Assembly (NCBI RefSeq): GCF_009834535.1
Contig: NC_045698.1
Span: 9,302,001 to 9,366,000 of the forward strand
Direction: 5' to 3'
Source of the DNA: Camelus ferus
Lineage: Eukaryota
Length of the DNA stretch: 64,000 bases
The translations under genes and the position numbers were made by a program. The notes below the pieces were generated by a model. It made no database searches and was not told where the DNA came from. It was given only the letters and a program-made list of their open reading frames with translations. Below are positions 49,595 through 64,000 of this stretch, in pieces; within the stretch, counting starts at the first letter, position 1; each line of letters begins with the position of its first letter.

Positions 49595-50425
49595 TGTGCC
49601 AAAATCTAAAATACTAGCAACATCAGATGCTAGCAAGGACGTGGAGCAACAGGCACTCTCATTCATTTCTGATGAGGATACAAAATGATTCAGGTACATT
49701 GGAAGAGAGTTTGGCAGTTTTTTACAAAACTAAATATGCTCTTACTGTACAATTTGGTATTTACATAAAGGAGTTGAAAACTTACATCCACACAAAAACC
49801 TGCACACAGATGTTTACGGCAGTTTTATTCATAATTGCCAAAACTTGGAAGCAGCTGTCTTTCAGCAGGTAAATGGATAAATTAACTGTGGTACATCTAT
49901 GCAATGGAATATTATTCAGCTCTCAAAAGGCATGAGCTGTCAATCCATGAAAAGATATGGAGGAAACTTAAGGGAGTTATTACTAAGTAAATGAAGATAA
50001 TCTGAGAAGGCTGCATACTGTATGATTATAACTACATGGCATTCTGGAAAAGGTAAACCTGGGTACAATAGAAAAAAAAATCAATGGCTGCCAGAAGTTG
50101 GGTTTCAGGATGAATAGGTGGGGCACAGGATTTTAGGGTAGACAAAGTCTACTGTAGAATGCTACATCGGTGGATTCATGTCACTATACATTTGTCTAAA
50201 TCTGTAGTGTGTACAAAACCAAGGATTAACCCTAATGCAAAGTATGAAGATTGAGTGACCATGATGTGTCAGTGTAGGTTCAGCTATTGTCATAAAGGTT
50301 CCACTCTGGTGGGGATGTTGATAATGGGGGGAGGCTATGCATGTGGGAGCAGGGGGCAAACAAGAAATCTCTGTATTTTCTGCTCAAATTTTCTATGAAC
50401 CTAAAACACCTCTAAAAAGCAGTCT
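49595..50425 (+). mobile_element. L1MC-like 3' region
   Basis: HTKTCTQMFTAVLFIIAKTWKQ in ORF 49627..49872; 3'UTR 'gtgtaggttcagc...ggtggggatgttgataatggggg...tatgaacctaaaac'. Confidence 0.9.
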
Positions 50426-52009
50426 ATATATTTTCTAAATGTTCAATATTACTGCTAGTTTATATTATTTATTTCAGGGTGCATATTATTTAGTATGTTA
50501 AACATCATGATCATTTCACTTCGCTTATTTTTTGGAGCACTGAGGAAATATATAATTATAGTATGTGGGAGTTGAGATGAATTTAGATGGAAAAAGGAAA
50601 GGACAGCACAAATTAGGGGAAATGTATTTTTCTCATTCTGTTAGAAACAAAGCAACTGGCTATAAACATCCATTCAGAAAATAAAGCCCATAAGAAAAAA
50701 GTAGCCTTAACAGTTTCAGCTGGAGTTCTGTGCTTCACCAGTGACATTACACTATCATTCTTGGTCTTAATGTATTTTTCCACCATTGTTTGTCAAGAAT
50801 GCATGATGTGCTGCTAGCATTAGCCAGCTCTGTGCAGGAAAACAGACAAAACGTCTACAGTATCTTCAATAGCTCACAAAACCACCACAGACCTTTATAT
50901 GTCATGGACTTGGTCTGACTCAAGAAAAATATGAGTGGAAAATTTAATGAAGTACCTGAGGAGTGAGAAGCCATTTTTATCTTCTAAAACAAGTGGGCTG
51001 TAACTCAAGACATACCAAAGTTTTAATATGAGTGAGCACACTTTGTAGCTTCAAAGTTTTTCCAAAACTCTTAGAGAGCAATAAAGTTAAAAGCATTGTT
51101 CTATAAATAAATCTTTGTTGGAGACAACAAAATGATGTTTTCAAAATAAGCTTTCTTCAGAAAATGAGATACATGACTTTTACTCACCAATGAAATAGTA
51201 ACAATGCATTCATCCTTGAACACAGACTCCACATAAAAACGAGCCTTGCAGGAAGGCATAAGAATTGGGAGTTCTTAAGTAATGGCTATGAAAAATGTAA
51301 CATTTTTATTAAGTTTATTTTACGTTTAACTGTGTTATCATAAAAATACCTCACCACACTTGGAATGCTTAATAAAAAAGTTTGAATTATTACTTTTACA
51401 GTCAAAAAGGTGACCTACTAAAAATGTATTTAAAATAGGATGGTCAGAAAAGCATCCAAATAAACTTGATATTGTGGAAGAAACTTTCTATCTTGGCACA
51501 AGAATATCTAGGTTTCGGTCCTTCTTTTCCATCAATCACTTTTTCATCATGGGCAATGTCTAATCCTTCTACACAATTCCATAAGATGTCTGCAAGTGTG
51601 ATAAAAATAAAACCTTCATCACTAGACTATTCTATTGGATAACTAAGAGAGATTATGTATGGGAAAATGCTAAGCAAAAACTGCCATATGCTTATGCAAA
51701 ATGTAATTATATTAGGTCTGCTTCTAACACTAGTTACTATGTTGTTACGTGATAGTAAATCATTAAATCTCTTTTCATCACAAAATGTAGCATACAAGAA
51801 GAGGTACATGAGATACATGTTTATTTTAAAGGATAACAATTTTCAAAACAGATTGCTTAAGATAAAATGTTATCTACACTTTCGACGTCTCCTTTTGCCC
51901 TTCTTGATAACGTGTCCTCACACACTTCAAAATCGCAAAGGTAACCACTTCGCGTTCTTTGACATCCTCTTGTTTGTCTTCATAGATTAACTATACTAAT
52001 GCGTATCCC

Positions 52010-52273
52010 TAAATATTGGGGATTGTCTCAAATTGGCTTGTTTAGAGAGTTCTGGGACATTTTAAGTGATTAGCTAGGGCAGCAGGATTCTAAAGAGGAG
52101 CATTCCAGAAGGAAAATCCCCATGTGTAAGTAAGCATTTGTCGAGCTTTGTTTGCATTATGCTTGCAAAGGTTCTAATGGCCAAACCCAAGGTCAACGGG
52201 GGAGATGCTTCACAAAGACATGAATTCTAGGAGATGTGATTTGTTTGGAACAAACAAGGCAATAGTCTACCAC
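52010..52273 (-). mobile_element. Old MaLR LTR fragment (MLT1H-K-like)
   Basis: 'atgcttgcaaaggttctaatggccaaacccaaggtcaa...atgaattctaggagatgtgatt...gtctaccaca'. Confidence 0.6.
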
Positions 52274-55200
52274 AAAGATCTAAGCAGGCAGACTTGAGAG
52301 GATCACAGAAATACATATACAGACAGTGACTGCCAAAGTGTCAAGTTAGAATTTAGTATCAAATCAGTGTTATTTAGAACAGAGGCTATGAAAGGAGAAA
52401 TGTCTTCTAGGCGTAGATGGACAGGACAAAATCTGAGATATGGAATGTAGAAATCTTAGGAATACTACCAAAATTGAAATATCGACTCATAATTGAGGAT
52501 TCTTGCACCAAAATTCTGAAATTCCTCCAAACAACCTCCTCAGAGAAGTGGAACCAAATGTAGATTTGAAGAAAAAGAAAAGAATTAATGATTTAATTAT
52601 GTTACTCAACTCTTGGAGAGAAAGGAATGCAGAGTCTAAGAACCAGAAAGTCACCGATTTCACTCTTAGTTCTGGGACACATTAAAAATAACACTGATAT
52701 TCTCCCCAAATATAAGCATATTTGGTAACAGGACGATTTCTTGGTGACTACTCTGAAGGGATACTTGATATTCTGAATTTTGTTTTATCTGTTTTGCTTC
52801 CTTCAGAAACAGCAATACTGATAGACTCATCCTCAGTATCAGAGCTGTTTTCAAATAGTAAACGCACGTTGACAAAAACTCTAAGGTACGGCGAGACTGA
52901 GGGGCACGGAGGTGCTCTCACTGGATGAGTACACATGGCAACTTGATTTCTAGGCAGTGGGATAATCATGAAATCAAGGGGTAAGGGGGCAGCTGCTGAA
53001 TCCAGAACACTTAGCACAACTTTTAATCAAACCAAGGTCAGCTGCTGGATAAGCTACGGTGTGAAAAGAAAGTTCGGTGACAGGCTTTGAAAACTTTGTC
53101 CATAATTAAATAGAAATGATTACATTTGTATTTAGATATTGCTGAAGGGGCAATGTTCAGTTTAGTAGTTTTTGTAACTATGGACAGCTACACTGTCTTC
53201 ACGAGCATCTTTAAAAAGGGAATAAAATAGAAAAGATGTATTGTTTGACTAGTAAGTATGGTTTATCCGGGATGTCTTGCTGACTGCAGAATGTGATCCT
53301 TTCTCATTCATTTTTTGGAGGAATTTATTGGATCACATGTTGTCCCACTTCATGCTAACACTATACAGGTTATTTTAGATCACTTTGTGGGAGAAAACTG
53401 TTTTCTAAACTCTGGCTTTATAAAATACGTAAAATGTCAGTTTTCAGGCAACTCACTTTACCTATCTACGTTGTAATTTTCTTATTTTTTAAAATGGAAG
53501 ATTGGGTTCCCCCAAAATTCAGAAAATAATTCCTAGCTGTAATTTTTTTTTATTTTTGGCTTCTTTCTATTATTGGTCAGTCCTTGTATAAGCTTTAGAG
53601 AGACAGAGTGGCATAAAGAATTATCTTCAAGTGATTAATTATTAATTAGTTACTTGGAGGTCTCAGATAAATATACAAAAATATAAATAATCACATAAGC
53701 TAGCATGGGGGACCCATAATGTTAAAGGGCTTTCATAGCAAGTCCCTCATGAATAGAGAAAAGGTAGAAATCTTCCACCTAAAACTAGATGCCCTCTCAC
53801 TTTTCATGGTATAAAACACTGTATTTTAATGAAGAAGAGAATTCAAATCCAGAAGCCATAAAATCCTGTCACTTTACAGAGGGTTTAATTTAAGACTAGA
53901 ATATGAATAGATTTGGGTAAAACAGCTGTTTGCACATCATGAAACGTTTTGAGTTAAGATTGAGTCTTCTACTGATGCAGCCTCTTTGAAAAGTGGCTTC
54001 TATTCCCTAACGCCTCACCATGGGCTAAAAAGGAGCAGAAACATTCATTCCAAACTGCAATTTCTGTCATAAAATGTATGCCTATTTTGAACTGTGATCT
54101 TTCTCAGTAATTCTACTTCTCCATATTATGTATCCACTGTTCAGATTTTTTTTTAATTTAAAGATAAAATTAATTCGGAAGACATACACAAATACACAGC
54201 TGTAAAAACATTTTCCAAAGACTGCTCTAAGGGAAGCATTTTCCAGAGACTGCTTTATGCATAGTGATAGAAAAATAGCTGTTTAGTCTAAAAATACAGA
54301 ATTTCTCGTTTAAACGAAGTATGCTTTTTCCCCTCTAAACTACCAGCATATACCAGAGAACTTTTCACATATAGCCCTTAAGTAAAATGCACAAATAAAA
54401 TCGCCATGACTTTACTGAGGGTAACAGAGAGCTAGGGGCAGCCTATATTTCCATGACTTAGGAAATACATAACTGAATTGTAGTGAATGCACGCTGTGGT
54501 CTATGAAGCAGCTAGAAGAAATGAACTACTATATGTAGCTAGAGTAACACTGAAAAATAATCGAAAACAATTTTTGGTGAAGAAATATGTTTAAAAAACA
54601 AATATAATAAAAGTATATCAGTTTAAAAATATTTTTAAAAACACAGATACACACAGACACAAGCATACACACGTACACAAATACAAATGCACATACAAGA
54701 CACATATCAAACAAGTACTGGGTTTTAGAGAGAGAGAAGAGTGGGTGTTGGGATAAAGGAAATTAACAAAGGTACAGAAAAGTTTGCTTGGAAAACAAAA
54801 GAAATATAGCAGAAGGAGAAAGAAGACTGAGGATTAATGAAATAAACTCAGATTTTTTTTTCCAGTATCAAGTGTATCCAAGATAATTATGAAGAAATGC
54901 CATTGGAGAAGGAATCATGGGAGACATTCGGTATTGAAGAGATTCTTAGTATTCAATGGAATAGTCTGAAGATATTATAAACACAAAAGTTATAAAATTA
55001 AACAATATCACTGTAAATTTTTATTTATTTATAAAAATACAGGATGCAAAAGTAAATACATGAAGATTTAACTATTAAAACTATGGAAAAAATAAGAAAG
55101 AAAGTGAAAGCATTAAGAAGCTTACAATTATGAATGGGTTTTTATATTTTTAATTGGTGAAAATTGCATGTTTAAAGATTTATTTTTTCTTTCATACCAC

Positions 55201-57079
55201 ATTTTTTTTATTTTCAAAGAATTCAATGCTTTGATTGTATTACTTATATAATGTATAATTTTGGTTTTATTACTTCTGTGTTTATAAAATATGACACAGT
55301 ATTTGTAATATGTTAAATACACACTAAAGTTTTCCAGGAATAAGGAAAAAGGTTATCCCTATACACTTATTAAAATGGGCACCGTGAGTGTCAAAGTGAA
55401 GAACCCCACCACCTGCATTACAACAGGATTTAAGCAATTACTTTTATGTCTTGGCTTTTGCAAATTTCAAATTGGTTTCTATAGAGCCAAGAATGTTCTA
55501 AAATTAAGGCACATGAATTATCTGTGATACACATGAGGTCTAGGTCATTGGATGGGAGTGAAAATAAGAATAGTAATAGCAGGACTCTAGCAAAGGAGGC
55601 TCTCAGTCAAACTCCAGATGTGGGGGCATAGGGTCTGCCACATAAAACCACTGCCTTCAGTTGCTCTGTAAGTCAGTTCCAGAAGGATTGTGGGAAAATG
55701 GGCGGAGCTTTTTTTGGTTCTCACCTTGGAAGTGTTAGGTTACTTATATAATGTATATTGAAAATTGAAGTATTCAGGTTTTGACTGATTTCAAACTCCA
55801 CAGCTAAGAGTACAAGAATGCTACAAAGCCTCAATGGTCTTGTCCATGAAATACTGTATTAGCATTATTAGTAGCAATTAATAGTTACTGTTAATTTTAT
55901 CATTGACAAAATGAATAAAATTATTATATCACATAATAGAATTTTCCTTGTATTATAGTATTATATCTGTATGATAGTTTTGGTTATTGATACCACTGTT
56001 ATTTCATTATAAAATAATCATAATAAATATTTATTTCTTATCATAATTAAGGAACTAGAAAAAACTCTAAAGAAAAGTAATTTTTACACTTATTTCTTTT
56101 TTTCTCGGAGTGATCAATTCTGCATCTCACTAAAAAGACAGTGTGTCACATTTTGGAAAGCAGACATTGGATTTAAATAGATAATGTGTGGCACATGCAT
56201 TCTTGTTTTACTCTCTTGATCCCTTTATTTGCATCTGATGTGTCAAATTATCAAGGAACTCTTCAGACAAAAAATAGGACATGTGAATTAAATAAGTTCT
56301 TGTGAGTTTTCATCTTTCATAAATTGTCATAAAGTGTGAAGAAAAGATCCAGGAAAGACTGATGTTTAAAAGTTTGTGCTTATAGAATGACTCCTCTGAT
56401 CTTACCATGGTCCTTTAACATTTTCGATCTTCAAATTCTGGCAGTTATGTGATGGCCCATACATTAGCTTTAGAGGACAGAACTTGAATAATAAAACATA
56501 GCCAGGTAATACTTACAAAAACTGAAAAGAGTTTAGTTTTTTAACTCCAGACACGGTCAAATTTAAGCTGACTGGCGTTAAAGGTTTAAGATGTGTGTCA
56601 TAGTTAATCTATGTAATTTTCACAAATTGAAATTTTATTCATATGCTTATGGAGAATATTAAAATTTAGCAATCAGCAACATAATTGATGTATTGATACA
56701 AATGAAAGATATATAAAGAAACATTTCTGACAGAAAGCGTATAACATACTTGTTTCTCTCAAAATCAAAATTTAAAAATTATTTGTTCTTTAACAATTTA
56801 CTTTTTTCTTCAATAAAAATTATTTTAAAGATAAATTCCAAAGATATAATTACCTAAAGATTTAAGTTTAAGGAAGATGAATTTAATTCAAGCAAGATAT
56901 ATAACAATTGAACTAGTATAAGACTTTTATTATTTTATTTTTCTCAATAAATCATAATGAAAAATCTAGGAAAAAAGCAAGTATACACATTTTGATTCAA
57001 GGAAACAAGAAGTTTGAATAAAAATGCTTTATGACTAAAAATATATGTTTTGGGGAATTTATTTACATATGACATGATT

Positions 57080-59010
57080 GTCTATTAAAAAATAACATTA
57101 CAACTCAAAAAGAAACTGTTGAAATTAATGAGAGTATAACAGTGTTGCAGTTTAAAATATTCAAAATTAAATATATAGCACAAATGAGAAACTGAAGTTT
57201 AAAATTTTAAAAATAACATTTATAATAGCACCCAAGAAATTGAAATAAGTGTAAAATCTAACAGAAATATAAATATTTATATGCAGGAAACAATAAAACT
57301 CTGTTGAGAGAAATAAAAATGACCTAAATTAAGTCGAGACAGACTTTGTTTTCATGGGCTGTAAGAATCAATATTATGATGAGAAATGTTCACAACTCGA
57401 TCTATAGGTCCAATATAACCTGAACGAAATCCCATGAAGCTATTTTTACAGATATTAACAATCTGATTGTAAAGTGTACATGAAAAGGCAAGAGACCTGG
57501 ATAAACTAACACAATACTAAAGAGAAAGAACAAAATTGGGAGAATCACACTGTCCAGTTTCATACCTACTATAAACTGCAGTAATCAAGACAGTGTGGTA
57601 TTGTTCAAAGGATAAGCATATAGCTCAATGCAACAGAATAGAAAGCCCAGAAAGAGACCACACAAATATTGTCAACTGATTTTTGACAAAGGAGCAAGGA
57701 TAATTAATCGAAGAAACTGTAGAATGACTGGTCCTGGAAAAATTGGATTTCCATATCCATAAACACAGCACTTTACTCAGACCTTACATGATTCATAAAG
57801 AAAAAAACTCAAATGGGTTATAGACCTGAATGTAAAAGGCAGAACTGCACAACTTCTAGAAGAAAATGGAAGAGAAAATTCTATGGGTTTGGTGATGAAT
57901 TTTTGATATAATATCAAAAGTTCAGTAAATGAAGGGAAAAACTGATAAGCTAGATTTATGAAAAGTAAAAACTTTTTTCTGAGAAAGACGCTACTAGGAT
58001 AATAAAAAGGCAAGCCACAGACTGGGAAAAATGTTTACATACAAAAATCTGATAAGGAAAATTTGTTCAAGATAAACAGAGAGCTTGAGATTTAACAATA
58101 AGAAAACAAATAACCCAGTTAAAAAATGAACAAGTGATCTAAGGAGAGAGACCTTACTTAAGATACACAAATGATAAGAAGCAAAGGGGAAGATTAATTC
58201 GATTAAAATAAGGAGATACTACTACACACTTATTAGAAGGATTAAAATTCAACAACTGAAAATACCTGTTGCTAGCAGAGCAACAGGAAACTCTCATTCA
58301 TTGCCGGTGGGAATTCATAATGGCACAGACACTTTGCAAGACAGTTTGAAAGACTTTTCTTTCTCTCTTTCTTTCTTTTCTTTCTTTCTTTCTCTTTCTT
58401 TCTTCCTTTCATTCTCTTTCTTTCCTCCTTCCTTCCTTCCTTCCTTCCTTCCTTCCTTCCTTCCTTCCTTCCTTCCTTCCTTCCCTTCCTCCTTTCTTTC
58501 TTTCTTTTTGCCAAACTAAATAGTTTTACCATACAATTGAAAAATCTAGACCCTAAGTATCTGCACGGCTAGTTTAAAATTTAAGTCCCCACAAAAACCT
58601 GCTTGCTAATGTTTATAAAAGCTTTATTCTTAATTGTCAAACACTGGAAGCAATCAGATGAACTTTAATAAAAGAATAAATAAACTGGGGTACATTCTTA
58701 TAATGTTATAGCATTCAGAAGTAAAGAGAAATGAGCCATCAAGCCACAAAAAAAAAAAAAGAATAAATCTTAAATGTGTATTTCTAAGTGAAAAAAAGCC
58801 AATCTGAAAAGCTACATAATATATGGGTCCAAAGATATTGCATCACCGAAAAGGTAAATTATAGGTTCAATAGTTGTCAGGAATTCTGGAGAAGAAAAGG
58901 ATTGAATGGATGAAGCAGAGTAAAATTATTTTGTACAATACTATAATTTTGGATATACAACATTATGTGTTTGTTAAAATCTGTAGGACTTCACAACCCA
59001 GAGAATGAGC
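57080..59010 (+). mobile_element. Old L1 (L1MC/MD-like) ORF2 3' half and 3'UTR
   Basis: 'actgcagtaatcaagacagtgtggtattg', 'caactgatttttgacaaaggagcaag', 'aaggcaagccacagactgggaaaa', 'aaaacctgcttgctaatgtttata'. Confidence 0.88.
58355..58508. repeat. Compound (TTTC)n-(TTCC)n polypyrimidine tract inside the old L1
   Basis: Seen directly. Confidence 0.96.
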
Positions 59011-59299
59011 CTTCATGTCTTCACCTCCCACAACGAACACATTCTTAAGTGAAAAACACTTTAGGACAGCTGAAGCCTTCATCTACGAAATAGAGAGATT
59101 ACAAAAGCCCTACCAGCCAGTACCTAGAGCTCTAGAATAAATTCTTTAAAGAATTTTTCACTGATGCCTCATGCTGGAGCCTTTGTAAGGGACCGGTCTA
59201 CTGTGAAGTCACATGTCAGCTCAGTGAGTCTAGGCATTTAGCAGGTCACTTCAAAGAGCAATAATAATACTGGCATGTAATAAAGAATAGCTAAATCTT

Positions 59300-59420
59300 C
59301 AATGACAATTAATTGTATTCATGTCTCTAAACACTTACTCATTTAGACTTTAAAACTCAGTATTTTATAGATAAAAATACACAGTCATGAGAGTTTAAGA
59401 AATGTTACCCCATTCACCTC
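59300..59420 (-). mobile_element. MIR fragment
   Basis: 'attttatagataaaaatacacagtcatgagagtttaagaaatgttacccc'. Confidence 0.45.
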
Positions 59421-62400
59421 GTTAAGCATTAAAGCTAACCTTCAAACCCAAAAGTAGAGACTTCAATAGGATTTTTTTTTCCATAAAAGATAGGTCAAAA
59501 AAATTGTATCCACTAGTCAAGGAAAACAGCAGGGAAATCCAAACCTGTGGATATTCAGAGGGGAGAAAGTGTGTAGAGAAATATTTGACAATATTGACAG
59601 TTGCAAGGTCCACGCTATCCACAGAGTAGAGAGATCAACAGCTCAGTATAAGGATTTCATCAATGACAGCAAATACTTGACGGCAACGGAAAATAACCAG
59701 CAACCCAGAATTTGATGCATAGCCAAACCCTGTATAAGATGTTAAACGAAATAACATTTTTTGTTTGATTTTTTGTTTGTTTTCAAATACTTACAAATGA
59801 CCTCAAATCAAGCCAGGCACATGTTCCCAGTTCCTTGATTAGGGCTCCAACCTTGTTCATGGTGGTTTTTCTCTCTGCCTCTTGGCTCTGTTGTCTGAGT
59901 CATCTTTTCCATAAAATGTAATTCATATTGTCAAATAAGTAGCTTAGATATTTCTGTGGTCTTAACAAATGTTTTACATCATAACCCTTGGCTTCATCTT
60001 TATCATATTTTCTATGATAGCAACCTAGATTAGATCTTTGACTTAGAAGTTATTATTTCACTTGAGAATCATCTGCCATCAGAGGAGAATGGGAATGAAA
60101 AAGAGTTTTATTTCCTAATTTGAGAAATCCTGGCTTTTTTGTGTTTAGTTCCTCTCTCTGTGTCTGTATCTTTCTTACACAGCAAAAAGAAGTCAGTTCT
60201 GCCTAGAAATCTTCTTAGCCACGTTATCAAGTTCACTAGGCACATATCTTACTTTTCACACTACTGCAGGTTACAAGTTACCAAAATACCACCAGGAAAT
60301 AACAAGGGTCTTCTTTCCTCCAATTTCCTGTTTGCATTCTTATTATTTCCCTGCGGTCCCTCGCTAAGATCCTCCTCCACGTCTTTTTGCTTGTAATACT
60401 CTGCTTGGGACTTTTCCAAGTTTCACTAACCCTTTCCTCAGGATTCCTCAAGGTTGTGTGGGCTTCAAATTGACACCCAGTCTGAAATACAGTGCCACAT
60501 ATGACTAAAAATTAGCAAAATACACCATTTTTTTCCAGATAATAGATTTAAAAAATCTACTTTCATGTCATATCATGCTTTGATCTTTTTATTGTAGCCC
60601 TTCACAGAAATGTTTTTATTGAGTAGTATTTTGTTATTATATTACCTCAGCACCGGTATAAAAACCTAAGAAATGACCATTACAAAACAACTGCAGAATT
60701 TATGATAATGATATGCACGGCTGAAACATCTTTCCCAGCACCTTATATTCTGTATCTCTCATTAAGTAGTATCCACAGGGAAAAACTACTGTGTCAGAAC
60801 TGGTTCATATTCCACCTAACACCATAGGCTTTTTTTTTTTTAATTTCGAGCCCAGGGATCTTAATAAATTGACAGCCAACTTGTAAGAACTAAGAAAGAT
60901 GTTAAGGGATAAACTATTTCCAAAATAAATCTTATCCCAGACTTGATCATCAGTTCTTATGTTTATTTTTCACTTGCTTTAGTTTTCTCAAGCATGTGCT
61001 TGTTCCACCTGCAGAATATAGAACTGTGCAAACTAATTCAAGGGATTTTAGGAATGCAGCTGACTCTACACAGGAGATCACATGGCATTCCATGTGTAGA
61101 ATTTTAGAAAAAAATTAATACACTCATTCTACCTTTGATACATTGAGAGAGACCTGTCATATTATCCAACTTCTTCAGTTGGGTCATTTCTTAGAGAAAC
61201 ATTATTAGCATCACAGATGCTTTTATCACTGCATTCAACTCAAAGCCCAGTGACCCTCACCCATCTCCAACCTACGTCCAGAGAGCAATCAGGCTATAAT
61301 CAGATCTTCCTTAGTGCAACTTGACTACAGTGCAGTAGGTGTACATTTCTTTCAGCCTTTGGTATGTCCAGAGTCTGCACAATCTCCCTGATCTGACTGA
61401 TCTAAATCTACTGTCACAATCTCTATCCAAGCCACTCTCGCTAAAATATGTAGTATTTTCTAGGCCTGAAGAGATGAGCGTCCATGGAACAGGTTATATA
61501 TATACTACATGCCTGAAGTCTCAATCCAAATAATGAAGTCTTAGTTCTCACATAGCTGTGCAAATTCAGTGTTGTTTTTAATTTACGTCTAACTTAGAAG
61601 AAAAGCTCAGCTTTTCTTCTGACATATAACCTGCAAAAGGAGGAAGATAAGAAACAAGAGCTGATAAACATTATTGACATATTTTAACTAAATACGCAGG
61701 TATGAGCATGCATTGTTCACCCATGTGGGAAGTTGGTGTCTCAAAATCAGCAATTTGATAGATGATATGAAGGAGAAGCTGTTTCAACTATACTTTCCAG
61801 AGCAGGTGTAGCTGCCTTAGAGTTTTCATCTAGAAATTACTTTAAACCATAAAGTATAATAAAGAATTCAGATTATGTATGATTTCAGGAATTTCATTTT
61901 AAAAAGAGGGGGCAGATATAAACCCCATTTAATATTTGATTTGAAAAACTGATGTGAGAAAGAGTATTGGGTAACAAGCATTATACTAGAGCGCAAGACT
62001 CCAGGTTGAAAATATTTACAGTAACAGAATTTGCTTCCTTTCCACAGACACGGAAGAATTTGCCCAGTATTTGAGACCCTTCGAGTTGTAGTAGGACTGT
62101 AAAAGAGAAAATAAATTCTGAGTCTTCTGCTCAGATATACTTTCTTTTATTTTTTATGCATCCTACAGTCCATACATATTTATTGCGCACCTACTCCGTG
62201 TCACACATATTTATTGCATACTGACTATGTTGTATGGTTCTCTACCTATTCCATGAATAACACTGTACGGTCCTTCACATCTGATGCTCTGTTGTATATC
62301 CAACATCATGAGGTACTTAAGTATTTATTTTCCCTAATATCCAAAGATTTTTATTAAAATCTATTATTTGGAAAACAATCTTCAGCTATAGAATCAGGCT

Positions 62401-64000
62401 AACCTACAGATAAAAAATTATGCTGCACACAAGACGAGACCTAGCATAAGACTCGGAAACATAAAAGTAACATGGCTCAAAAAAGGACTTAAGAAGATCA
62501 ATCATAATTGAAGTCATTTTATACGGAATCCAGAAGAATTAATAAAATGAAAGCTTTTCATCATAGAGCTTAAATAGATAGTAAAAATAATGGTAATGAA
62601 AATAAAATTACTTTAATAAATATACCAATAGGAGAATATTGGGCTCATAGGGGCCATATATCACGGTGGTCTAAGTTTAGCTGTCATAGAAAACCTACTC
62701 AAGAAGTGAGCTATTTTCTTCATCTCCCAGAACGCTACTGCAATAAATCTGAGAGCAACAGAATGCAATGCAAAAAATAATATTTTAGGAGATTGAAAGA
62801 TACTTACAACATTTTTTCACTGTTTAACAGCTAGCATTGTACCAACAATTGCTTAATCTCCGCTGGTGATTTTTATCATAATTATTAACCTCCAAAGGTG
62901 TATTTGAAACTTGCCTTGTCCTCACAGCTGTACCAGTGTCTTCACATACCAAAACATGCATTTAGCTGGCATTTAGCTCTGCTAAAATTATACGTTTACA
63001 AGTTCCCTCCCATTAGATTATAAAATATTTGAAAGAAGATGCTAAATTTTATTACTCTTTCTTTCACCAGTTTTCACACAATGCCTAGAAAACAGAAAGT
63101 GATCTACAAAATGTTTCTTTACATTAATCAATCAGTTCTTGACATTACCAATGACTGCATAATATGGTGATACTGTAACACCACAGGAGGAACAAATGCA
63201 AAACATACAGAGAGTAAACACCAAGGATCATAAAATATGAAAAGAATGGAGAAATCACATGATTTTAACATCTTCGTCTTTATAACTGTGTGACTACTTT
63301 TTCATTCAACAGTGATTAACTTTCACTGGCAACGTCTCCGTGGAATCACTCATCATTTTGATGAGTTACTAGGTGAAAGTATTATTTACTCCCCTTGTGC
63401 AGTCCATCAGCCGTGCTCACTCCTTACCCAGGTCATAACTGGCACATTACCATTTCCACAGCAAGTATTAATCAGCAGGTATCCAAGTCTGGTGCCTCAA
63501 TGCCATGAGCTAAATTGTGCTGAATTACGATGCACGTTAATAAAGCAGAACTCTCTGGAGACTGTTGATATATGGCGGCTGTAATTCTGCTTTTACTGAT
63601 CGTACATTATATTATATTAAGGTGAGAAACACCCCTTAAATAAATAAATGAAAGCTTACTCTGCTTGAATAATTTCAATTTAGAAATTAATGTGTTAACG
63701 TGGCCTGTGAGTCACCGCCTGTCCTCTCCAAACAAACTCTTATGATGGAGGTAGGACATATTCACTTGACATTCTACTGCCCTCTGGCTGATAAAACTTG
63801 CCGCCAGGAATAACAGATTAGTTAGCATTCAACATATGTTAATTAATGTAGTTTATTAAAATGTGTTATTGTTGCCTTTATTCATTCTTTGTAAGTAATT
63901 CATTGCTGTAGGGGATATAATAAAACCGTTAGGGCTTTCCAGTCAAAAACCTCACACAGCTGAGTTAGATTTTAAATAGCAGGATTCCTTCATTCACCTC

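Noticed and set aside
54208..54260. Short tandem duplications (here and near 15660, 22470, 34310, 62175)
   Set aside because: Two-copy slippage duplications with no spacer array; not CRISPR-like and common in mammalian DNA
1..64000. Novel multi-gene system, tRNA/rRNA genes, NUMT or endogenous viral ORF
   Set aside because: I recognised none; long ORFs are explained by L1, simple repeats or chance

Overview
AT-rich, CpG-poor mammalian genomic DNA that reads as intergenic or deep-intronic sequence. I cannot support any host protein-coding gene, RNA gene or CRISPR-like system here. Most ORF-track entries are chance ORFs, simple repeats or LINE-1 (L1) remnants. The window is dominated by retroelements: many old L1M fragments, MaLR (MLT1/MST-like) and ERV1-like solo LTRs, MIRs, hAT (MER58A-, MER5-like) and Tigger (MER44-, MER2-like) DNA transposons. 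It also holds ten related lineage-specific L1 3' ends of graded age. The L1 3'UTR type and the absence of recognisable Alu, B1, Bov-tA/BovB, PRE-1 or CHR SINEs suggest a cetartiodactyl, possibly a camelid (inference). The best-supported notable object is a young 2.2-kb 5'-inverted (twin-primed) L1 at 12067-14238, with a perfect TSD and an uninterrupted RT segment. Other observations include a 39-bp target-site duplication, L1s nested in an LTR, tail-less L1 patches, CpG-retaining islets and a few speculative exon or recursive-splice candidates. Repeat family names come from recognising consensus sequences from memory, not from a search, and old-repeat boundaries are approximate.
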